From contig WFSE01000116.1 of the NCBI GenBank assembly GCA_015486135.1, forward strand, positions 772-64,771: a stretch of 64,000 bases of DNA, read 5' to 3'. The notes below the pieces were generated by a model, which saw only the letters and a list, made by a program, of their open reading frames with translations, ran no database searches and had not been told where the DNA came from. The translations under genes and the position numbers were made by a program. The DNA comes from Lentisphaeria bacterium (GTDB lineage: Bacteria > Verrucomicrobiota > Lentisphaeria > Victivallales > JAADHT01). Of the stretch, positions 18,901 to 26,864 are shown piece after piece (position 1 is the stretch's first letter; each line of letters begins with the position of its first letter).

Positions 18901-19694
18901 TGGCCGAGATAACTGCCCAATTGGTTAAGGAATTGCGCGACAAGACCGACGCCGGGATGATGGATTGCAAAAAGGCTCTAGTCGAGGCTGGAGGCGATCT
19001 GGAAAAGGCTGTGGACATTCTCAGGAAGTCCGGCATGGCCAAGGCCGCCAAAAAATCCGGACGCGGTGTCAAGGAAGGCAAGGTGGTTTCCAAAATACTT
19101 GACGACGGTGGAGCCATGCTCGAGGTTCTTTGCGAAACCGATTTCGTGGCTACGAACGATAAGTTCAAAGATTACGTGACATCCCTTTTGGACAAGGTCG
19201 CGGCTCTCGACGCCGATGGCGATGTTTCCCGAGAGGTCGCCGAGGCCGAGAAGGAAGGCCTGACCGCCATGATCGCCACGATCGGCGAAAACATGGTTAT
19301 CCGCCGCGTGGCCAGATGGAAAGGTAAGTGCGCGTCATACCTCCACATGGGAGGACGTATCGGCGCCATGGTCGAGGTTGAGGGATGCGACGATGATGCG
19401 GTTCTCAACGACCTTTGTATGCATATCGCCGCGTTTAAGCCGACCTACGTATCCCCGGAAGACATCCCCGCCGATATCGACGCCAAGGAGCGCGAGATAG
19501 CGGCTGGACAGGTCGCGGGGAAGCCCGCGGAAATCGTGGAAAAGATTGTCAACGGCAAAATAGCCAAGTGGCATAAAGAGGTTTGCCTCGTCCAACAGCC
19601 GTGGATCCGCGACGACAAGCAGTCCGTCAGCAAGGCCAATCCTGGGCTGGTCGTGAAACGCTTCCTCCGCTGGGAGGTTGGCGAGGAGATTTGA
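18900..19694 (+). CDS. tsf: translation elongation factor Ts
   Basis: MAEITAQLVKELRDKTDAGMMDCKKAL. Its ATG overlaps the rpsB TGA (TGATG). Confidence 0.9.
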   Translation: MAEITAQLVKELRDKTDAGMMDCKKALVEAGGDLEKAVDILRKSGMAKAAKKSGRGVKEGKVVSKILDDGGAMLEVLCETDFVATNDKFKDYVTSLLDKVAALDADGDVSREVAEAEKEGLTAMIATIGENMVIRRVARWKGKCASYLHMGGRIGAMVEVEGCDDDAVLNDLCMHIAAFKPTYVSPEDIPADIDAKEREIAAGQVAGKPAEIVEKIVNGKIAKWHKEVCLVQQPWIRDDKQSVSKANPGLVVKRFLRWEVGEEI

Positions 19695-19703
19695 CGCTGT
19701 CCG

Positions 19704-19724
19704 CCCGGCGGCGCGCCCGCCGGG
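19704..19724 (+). terminator. GC hairpin after tsf (weak terminator or attenuator candidate)
   Basis: CCCGGCGG-CGCGC-CCGCCGGG forms an 8-bp stem. No U tract follows it. Confidence 0.3.
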
Positions 19725-19754
19725 AATCGGAGAAACCCCACACGGGATGCCGAT

Positions 19755-22211
19755 ATGGAATACGATTTCGCCTCTATCGAGAGCGAATGGCAGGGATACT
19801 GGGAGGAGAACGGGACGTTCAACGCGTCCGACTCCTCCGGTAAACCCAAGTTCTATTGCCTCGTGGAATTTCCCTACCCCTCGGGCGACGGTTTGCACGT
19901 CGGCCATCCGCGTTCCTACACGGCGCTGGATATCCTGGCGCGTAAACGGCGGATGGACGGATACAACGTCCTCTACCCAATGGGGTTCGACAGCTTCGGG
20001 CTCCCGACCGAGAACTACGCCATAAAAACCGGCGAAAAGCCGGCGGTGGTCACCAAGCGCAACATCGAGCGGTTCAAAAAACAGCTCAAGGCCCTGGGCT
20101 TCTCCTTCGACTGGAGCCGGGAAATATCCACCACCGATCCCGAATACTACAAATGGACGCAGTGGATATTCCTGAAACTCCACGAGAAAGGACTGGCCTA
20201 TAAGGCTAAAATGCCGATAAACTGGTGCGTCTCGTGCAAAATCGGCTTGGCGAACGAGGAAGTCGTCGACGGTGTTTGCGAACGTTGCGGCGGGGAAGTC
20301 GAAAAGCGCAACATCGAACAGTGGATGCTCAAAATCACCGCCTACGCCGACAGGTTGATTGACGACCTCGAGTCGGTCGATTTCCCCCAGCGCGTGAAAA
20401 CACAGCAGATAAACTGGATCGGACGCTCCGAGGGCGCCGAGGTCCTCTTCTCTATCGATGGCGCGGACGACACCATCACCGTTTTCACAACCCGGCCCGA
20501 CACCCTCTTCGGCGCCACCTACATGGTTCTCTCTCCTGAACATGAGCTCGTGGAGAAAATCGCCACGCCGGAGGCCCGCGCGGAAGTCGCGGAATACCAA
20601 AAGAAGGCGCGCCTGAAAAGCGACATAGAACGCTCCGACGCGGCAAAGGAGAAAACCGGGGTCTTCACCGGAGCCTACGCAGTAAACCCCGTGAACGGGG
20701 AGAAAATCCCGATATGGGTCGCCGACTACGTCCTCGCCGGATACGGCACTGGCGCGATAATGGCGGTTCCGGCGCACGATACCCGCGATTTCGAGTTCGC
20801 TAGAAAGTTCGCCCTCCCGATACGATGCATCAACAAGCCGAAGCGGGAAGACGCGGAAAGCGCGGGGATTTCCATAGATGATGTGCTCGCGGGAACCGCG
20901 TGCTGGACTGGCGACGGAGAATTGATAAATTCCTCTAACGATTCGGGCTTGGACATAAACGGCCTTTCGGTGCCGGAAGCGAAGCGGGCGACCACCGAAT
21001 GGCTCGAAGCGAACAAACTCGGCAAGGCCGCGGTCAACTTCAAGCTCCGCGACTGGGTCTTCTCCAGACAACGCTACTGGGGGGAGCCGATCCCGATGGT
21101 CAATTGCCCCGATTGCGGCTGGGTCCCCCTTCCGGAGGAGGATCTTCCGCTGCTACTGCCGGAAGTCGAGAAATACGAACCAACCAGCACCGGGGAATCG
21201 CCTCTGGCGGCCATGACCGACTGGGTGGCGACGACATGCCCGAAATGCGGAGCGCCAGCGCGCCGCGAGACCGACACCATGCCCAACTGGGCGGGCTCTT
21301 CATGGTATTTCCTGCGGTATATCGATCCGCATAACGACAAGGCCTTCGCCGACCCCGATAAACTGAAACACTGGATGTCGGTGGACTGGTACAACGGGGG
21401 CATGGAACACACGACCCTCCACCTCCTCTACTCCCGCTTCTGGAACAAGTTCCTGTTCGACTGCGGCTTGGTCCCCACAAGCGAGCCCTACGGCAAACGC
21501 ACCTCGCACGGCATGGTGCTCGGAGAAGGCGGCGAGAAGATGTCTAAAAGCCGCGGGAACGTTATCAACCCCGACGACGTGGTCCGCGAACATGGCGCCG
21601 ACGTTTTCCGGCTTTACGAGATGTTCATAGGCCCGTTCGAGCAGGCGGCCGCTTGGGACACCAAAGGTATCTCCGGGATGGACCGCTTTATTAGGAAGGT
21701 CTGGAGGCTTTACACCGAACGCGGAGTCGATAACGCCGCCGAACTATCCCGGGAACAGGCGAGAGTCCTGCACTCCACCATTAAGAAAGTCTCGGAGGAT
21801 ATCGAAACGCTGGACCTGAATACCGCCATCAGTCAAATGATGGTCTTCGTCAACGAGTTCTCGAAAGCCGATTCCTTCCCGCGCTCCGCCGCCGAGCCTT
21901 TCCTTAAAATCCTGGCGCCGTTCGCCCCGCATATATGCGAGGAGCTTTGGCGGAAAATCGGCAACGAGCCCCCGGTCTCATTGGCGGAATGGCCCAAGTT
22001 CGACGCGGAACTCGCGGAATCGGACGAGGTGGAAATACTGGTCCAAATCAAGGGCAAACCCGTCGCCAGAATCAAAATGTCCCCAAACGCCTCCAGAGAA
22101 GAGATGGAACAAACCGCCCTGGCGGATCCCGCGGTCGCCGCGGAACTCGCGGGCAACTCCCCCCGGAAAGTTATCTGCGTCCCCGGACGCCTCGTGAACA
22201 TCGTCCCCTAA
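19755..22211 (+). CDS. leuS: leucine--tRNA ligase
   Basis: 818 aa. HVGHPRSY (HIGH) and KMSKSRGN (KMSKS) class I motifs. Confidence 0.95.
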   Translation: MEYDFASIESEWQGYWEENGTFNASDSSGKPKFYCLVEFPYPSGDGLHVGHPRSYTALDILARKRRMDGYNVLYPMGFDSFGLPTENYAIKTGEKPAVVTKRNIERFKKQLKALGFSFDWSREISTTDPEYYKWTQWIFLKLHEKGLAYKAKMPINWCVSCKIGLANEEVVDGVCERCGGEVEKRNIEQWMLKITAYADRLIDDLESVDFPQRVKTQQINWIGRSEGAEVLFSIDGADDTITVFTTRPDTLFGATYMVLSPEHELVEKIATPEARAEVAEYQKKARLKSDIERSDAAKEKTGVFTGAYAVNPVNGEKIPIWVADYVLAGYGTGAIMAVPAHDTRDFEFARKFALPIRCINKPKREDAESAGISIDDVLAGTACWTGDGELINSSNDSGLDINGLSVPEAKRATTEWLEANKLGKAAVNFKLRDWVFSRQRYWGEPIPMVNCPDCGWVPLPEEDLPLLLPEVEKYEPTSTGESPLAAMTDWVATTCPKCGAPARRETDTMPNWAGSSWYFLRYIDPHNDKAFADPDKLKHWMSVDWYNGGMEHTTLHLLYSRFWNKFLFDCGLVPTSEPYGKRTSHGMVLGEGGEKMSKSRGNVINPDDVVREHGADVFRLYEMFIGPFEQAAAWDTKGISGMDRFIRKVWRLYTERGVDNAAELSREQARVLHSTIKKVSEDIETLDLNTAISQMMVFVNEFSKADSFPRSAAEPFLKILAPFAPHICEELWRKIGNEPPVSLAEWPKFDAELAESDEVEILVQIKGKPVARIKMSPNASREEMEQTALADPAVAAELAGNSPRKVICVPGRLVNIVP

Positions 22212-22214
22212 CTA

Positions 22215-22501
22215 GGGTTTACTGAAAAAGTCGGAAACGTGCCGATCCTCCATCGCCGCCAAGCGGCTATGGAGGACTCGTGATTAGGCGACGAGCCGCT
22301 GGCGTATAAGCATACTCCTAGGCGAAGGCAACGTGATCAGCGGTGCGTTTCCGGCTTTCTCGCGGAATTGGCAAGTGCCTCAAATCGTTAGTCGTCTCCA
22401 AGGCTTTTGGGAGATTTGCTACCAAAACCTTGGAGATGACACCATTAAAAACAGGCTTAACCCAATGAAAATTAAAAACTTGCCAATTATTCAGTGAGCC
22501 C
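22215..22501 (+). mobile_element. Family-A MITE-like element, copy 3
   Basis: Same termini as copy 2. Direct repeat TAACTA at 22209-22214 and 22502-22507. The left repeat contains the leuS TAA stop. Confidence 0.8.
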
Positions 22502-22529
22502 TAACTAGAGCCTGCCGCATAATTTCCCG

Positions 22530-23011
22530 GCCACGCATTTTTTCCCCTCGCAAAGATGCGGAGGCCGCAGAGAAAGAAGGAATGCGGGTTAGCCACGAAT
22601 CTTCACGAATTAGCACGAATAGCTTGTTCTTTGCGCCTTTGCGAGGAACTAAAAAGGAGATTCCCTTGCAAATTGTGTGTTCCCAAAGAGTAACTCGATA
22701 CTATCGATAGTGTCGACATTATCGATAATATCGAACATTTTTCCTGCGTAAATCGCATAAAGCGCCCTAGGGCTGAAAGCCCTGAATAGCAGAGCCCCGG
22801 GTGCAACCCGGGGACAGAGGGCCCCCTCTGTTCCCAAGCGCTGAAAGCGCGACATTTTCCCCTCGCAAAGACGCAAAGTGGACGAGGGGACAGGGGGACA
22901 AAAAGACGGATGGACAGCGCAATCCCATCTCTTCCCATAACTCCCAACCTACAGCACCTACTGGTGGGAAAATCTGGGGAACTTGCGATTTCCACGGGCA
23001 AGTGCTATGCT
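22530..23011. repeat. mosaic intergenic repeat island (family C modules)
   Basis: TTTTCCCCTCGCAAAGA module occurs twice (22541, 22853). CACGAAT x3 at 22594, 22604 and 22614. ATCGAT array at 22694-22736. Run of short GC hairpins at about 22765-22850. GGGGAACTTGCGA...GGCAAGTG motif at 22977-23004. Confidence 0.6.
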
Positions 23012-23094
23012 AACATACTAGGGAAAGACCGACTTGAAATTACTTTGGGCAGCATTGATAATTTCTCTAAAAAGTGGTCTCCTATGAAGCACCG

Positions 23095-23574
23095 ATGACA
23101 ATGTTGACAAAAGCAAAAAACATTATCTTGCGCTACATTGTGCCGTATTTGTTGCTTCCAGTGGCCATATCCCCTTACTTTCTCTCCCTGGCTCTTGCCA
23201 TGTCGATATGCCAGCGCTGTCGCTGGCTGTATGCGGGAGGTGGGGATCAAAGCATTGGAGTTGTCTTTGGGGTTGCACTTCTTGGGCTTGCCTCCATCCT
23301 TATCGTGTTTCTCTACTATATCTTTTTGATGATCATATGGCAATTTCGTAAAAATATAATTAAATGGATATATCGCCTGATACTTTACTGTCTCTTTACT
23401 ATTTGCCTAAGTCTGACAATTTGCACGTCTTATAGCTCGTTTAAGATATGGGCAACTCTTGTTTTGGCGATATTCCCCCTCATCGGATTGATAGTTGCCG
23501 ATTTGAGTGCAGTCACATATTTCAAGATTGTAGACGCAAACGGGAATAGGGTATGCGGTGATCAAAAGGATTAA
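23095..23574 (+). CDS. hypothetical multi-pass membrane protein (AT-richer orphan)
   Basis: Four or more hydrophobic helices. The start is uncertain (GTG 23074, ATG 23095 or ATG 23101). Confidence 0.45.
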   Translation: MTMLTKAKNIILRYIVPYLLLPVAISPYFLSLALAMSICQRCRWLYAGGGDQSIGVVFGVALLGLASILIVFLYYIFLMIIWQFRKNIIKWIYRLILYCLFTICLSLTICTSYSSFKIWATLVLAIFPLIGLIVADLSAVTYFKIVDANGNRVCGDQKD

Positions 23575-23606
23575 AAAAGCCTGCCCCTTTTGCAAAGATA
23601 TAATTA

Positions 23607-23706
23607 GGGTTTGCTGAAAAAGTCGGAAACGTGCCGCTGATGTCGCAGCCCTTGTCGCCACGGGCGGGGAACGCCGCCGATGGCAAGTGGATTATTAACC
23701 TGTCCC
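23607..23706 (+). mobile_element. mini-MITE with family-A left end and family-B right end
   Basis: Left end (TA)GGGTTTGCTGAAAAAGTCGGAAACGTGCCG. Right end ...GGCAAGTGGATTATTAACCTGTCCC(TA). Confidence 0.6.
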
Positions 23707-23759
23707 TAATTCTCTAAAGTTGGCTCAACGGCAAGTTGATTTAGGATGTCGGGGGGGGG

Positions 23760-25496
23760 TTAGCGTATTTTTGCTATAGTTCTCGTAACGGTGGACATTT
23801 CGGAATGGCTTACAGGCAACGAGAATGCCACCGTGCAACCCTCGTCTTTTTTGCTGCTAGCGGATATATTGCCTTCGTGGGCGGTGACGATTCGCTTGGA
23901 GACGGCGAGGCCAAGCCCCGTTCCAATGGATCCTTTGGAGGTGACGAAGAGGTCGAACATCGAGTCCAATTCTTTTTTATCTAGTCCGATGCCGTCGTCA
24001 CTTACCGTCACGATGGCGAAATCTCCTTTGTCATTGAATTTGGACATCACCAGGATATGTCCGGAGTTGTCCTCATCGCCGATGGAATCCCTTTTGGCGA
24101 GAATCGCCTGTTCGGAATTGGATATGAGATTCAGCAACACCCGGTGGATTCCCTTGGCATCCAATTCCACATAGAAAGGAGCGTTTTTGACAGCCGTGTC
24201 CATTGCGATGGATATTCCTTCCTGTTGCAACTGTGGTTCCACTAGCTCCACCACGTCGCCGATAATGGCGTTGAGGTCATGTATTGCCAGTTCGGGTTCT
24301 TGCTCGCTGGCCAGGTTCAGCAGGTCCAAAACAAGATTGCTAAGGCGCCGGTGGTTTTTGCTCAGGATTCTCGCGGCTTCCGCGGCAATCTCGAAATCCT
24401 TTTCCTCCACGCCCATTTGGAGAAGGTTCAAGCTGCCGTCCAAGCCCGCCAGGATATTTTTAATGTAATGGGAGAGCCCTGCCGCTGTGGCTCCGGTGGC
24501 AACCAATCGTTCGTTTTTAAGATTGAATTCCACAAGGCGGCTGTTTTCGATAGCCATTCCAGCGATATGGCCGATAACCGTCAAAAGACGCAAATCGTCC
24601 TCGGTGTACTTTTGCGTGGGGCTTGTCACGGAAAGATACACCATTCCGTTCAGTTGCCGTTTACCGAGCATTGGCACACACATTATGCTGGTTACGACAT
24701 ACGGCATTCCCACCATTTCCTGGAACTGGCGTTTTTCGGGGGAATCATCTATGGATAGTACCGACTCTTTGTTTTCGCGGACGAAATTGATTACTGCTTG
24801 GGAGATGTCGTTTGGGTTTACTTCTTCGATCATTCCGGATTCGTCCCGCCCGCCAACCGGTTGGAACGTTCCGCTTTCGAGATCATAGAGCAACAGGTAC
24901 GCCTTGTCCGTCGCTATCACATCCATCAACGCGTTCAATATTCGTGGATACAGCTCTTTTTCGTCCAATACCGAAGCGATCATGTTTTGAAATTTGTATA
25001 TTGCCGAGAGGTGTTGGCTTTCTTCCCTCAGCAAGCGTAGCGACGGTGCTCGTCCGGCGTGCCCCCCCCCTTCTTCGATTCCCGGGCGTGAGACGGCTAG
25101 CGTCTCTGGCTGGATGCTGTATGCCACAAATGGCCTGTTGAATGATTGCGTGTCCGATGCGTAGGCATCTATGAGTTCTATGATGGTGTTACCTATGCGT
25201 ACCGAAGTTTTCAAGGGCAAAGGAGAACGCTTGTCGACCTTGCGTCCCACCATCCAAGTTCCATTTGTGCTACCCAAATCGGAAATGAACCAATGCCCGT
25301 TTTCCCACTCCAAGAGGCAATGAGTTCGGGAAATCATGGAATCATGGATTTGGATGTCGGCATCGGCAGTTCTTCCCAGCGTGAACCTTTCTGTTCTTAC
25401 TGGAATTTCCGTGCCGCGCATGGCACCGCTGACAACCTTTATTATGGTGTCGCTATAGGTGGCGGGTGCCTTGGCGTTTTTCCTTCTTCTCTCCAT
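23760..25496 (-). CDS. FHA-GAF sensor histidine kinase
   Basis: FHA-like FTLGRTADADIQIHDSMISRTHCLLEWENGHWFISDLGSTNGT. H-box GLSHYIKNILAG. ATPase boxes DDGIGL and GTGLGLAV. The ATG at 25496 follows GAGGAGG. Confidence 0.8.
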   Translation of the reverse strand: MERRRKNAKAPATYSDTIIKVVSGAMRGTEIPVRTERFTLGRTADADIQIHDSMISRTHCLLEWENGHWFISDLGSTNGTWMVGRKVDKRSPLPLKTSVRIGNTIIELIDAYASDTQSFNRPFVAYSIQPETLAVSRPGIEEGGGHAGRAPSLRLLREESQHLSAIYKFQNMIASVLDEKELYPRILNALMDVIATDKAYLLLYDLESGTFQPVGGRDESGMIEEVNPNDISQAVINFVRENKESVLSIDDSPEKRQFQEMVGMPYVVTSIMCVPMLGKRQLNGMVYLSVTSPTQKYTEDDLRLLTVIGHIAGMAIENSRLVEFNLKNERLVATGATAAGLSHYIKNILAGLDGSLNLLQMGVEEKDFEIAAEAARILSKNHRRLSNLVLDLLNLASEQEPELAIHDLNAIIGDVVELVEPQLQQEGISIAMDTAVKNAPFYVELDAKGIHRVLLNLISNSEQAILAKRDSIGDEDNSGHILVMSKFNDKGDFAIVTVSDDGIGLDKKELDSMFDLFVTSKGSIGTGLGLAVSKRIVTAHEGNISASSKKDEGCTVAFSLPVSHSEMSTVTRTIAKIR

Positions 25497-25820
25497 TTCG
25501 GAATGGTTCCTCCTCGTGGTCTCACCAACGACTATACAACATCTGGAGTAAAAAAGCAAAGGGGTAGGATGGAGACGGGACGATCCCGGCAATGGAATGA
25601 AGAGGGCGGAGTCGGTAAAACATTTTCAAAAGCTGAATGAGCGCTTGCTGGTTTGGGTGAGCCAAGTCCGTGTCCAGCGGGATTGACATCAATGAAAACG
25701 GGCTTACCCTAACAGGAATAAAGCCAGTCGTTACTCGAGAGCCTCTTGACGCGGGGAGTTCTGCATGGTGGTTGGTCTGGTAGTATATGGAATGCGTAAC
25801 GCTAATCGAGATTTAGGCCG

Positions 25821-26864
25821 ATGGGAAAACACAAAAAGAAAATCAAGGTGGCGTTTGTGGGATGTGGCAGGATTTCCCGCAACCATCTCGAGTCGATGTT
25901 GGCACTCAAGAAGGAGTGCGAAGTTGTAGCGGTTTGCGATGTCGACCGTGAGCGGGCTAAGATGGCCGGGGGCAAGACGGGAGCCGAAGTGTTTACCGAC
26001 TACGACAGGATGTTGGCGGAATCCGACTGCGACTTGGTATCCATCGCCACGCCTTCCGGGCTTCATCCTGATATGGGGGTGAGGGCGGCCGAGCGAGGGC
26101 GACACGTGCTCACCGAGAAGCCTATGGCTATAGATCTGGATAGTGCGGACAGGTTAATAGAGGCCTGTGACGATAATGGAGTTATGTTGTTTGTGGTGAA
26201 GCAGAATCGTTTAAACGCCACCATGCGACTACTAAAAAGCGCCGTGGACAAAAAACGGTTTGGCAAAATATATTGCGCCCATGTGAACGTTTTTTGGCAA
26301 CGGCCACAATCCTACTACGACATGGCTCCTTGGCGCGGTACTTGGGCATTGGATGGCGGGGCGTTGATGAACCAGGCCAGCCATTATATCGATTCCCTCT
26401 ATTGGTTGGTTGGTGACGTGGCGGAGGTCGTCGCTATCGCTGGTACGCTGGCACGAAAAACGGAGGCGGAGGACACTGCCTCGGTTGCGTTGAAATTCGC
26501 GAATGGCGCCATTGGGAGTGTAAACGCAACCATGCTGACGTATCCGAAAAATTTCGAGGGTTCCGTGGTTCTGCTCGGGGAGAAGGGGACTGTCAAAATT
26601 GGCGGTATGGCGATTAACCGCGTTGAGCACTGGGAGTTTGCCGATTACGACGACGACGATAAGTTCATTGAGCAATGCAATTACGCTCCCCCCAACGTCT
26701 ATGGGTTCGGCCATCAACCTTATTACGAGAACGTTTTCGCCGCGATTAGAGGCGAGGCCCAGCCGGAAACCGCTGGCAGGGACGGCCGTAAGAGTTTGGA
26801 GATAATCCTCGCAGCGTATAAGTCTGCCAAGGACGGCGTCAAGGTGGCGTTGCCGTTAGATTGA
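25821..26864 (+). CDS. Gfo/Idh/MocA family NAD(P)-dependent oxidoreductase
   Basis: IKVAFVGCGRISRNH Rossmann N-terminus, EKPMA motif, and a C-terminal dimerisation-like region. Confidence 0.8.
   Translation: MGKHKKKIKVAFVGCGRISRNHLESMLALKKECEVVAVCDVDRERAKMAGGKTGAEVFTDYDRMLAESDCDLVSIATPSGLHPDMGVRAAERGRHVLTEKPMAIDLDSADRLIEACDDNGVMLFVVKQNRLNATMRLLKSAVDKKRFGKIYCAHVNVFWQRPQSYYDMAPWRGTWALDGGALMNQASHYIDSLYWLVGDVAEVVAIAGTLARKTEAEDTASVALKFANGAIGSVNATMLTYPKNFEGSVVLLGEKGTVKIGGMAINRVEHWEFADYDDDDKFIEQCNYAPPNVYGFGHQPYYENVFAAIRGEAQPETAGRDGRKSLEIILAAYKSAKDGVKVALPLD

Noticed and set aside
18528-18920. 130-aa Phe/Ala/Ser-rich ORF antisense to the S2 tail
   Set aside because: It is the mirror image of the low-complexity Lys/Ala/Glu coding repeat, not an independent gene.
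19335-21071. 578-aa ORF on the minus strand
   Set aside because: It lies entirely antisense to leuS, which has clear HIGH/KMSKS motifs. Its Arg/Gly/Val-rich composition is typical of shadow ORFs in GC-rich coding DNA.
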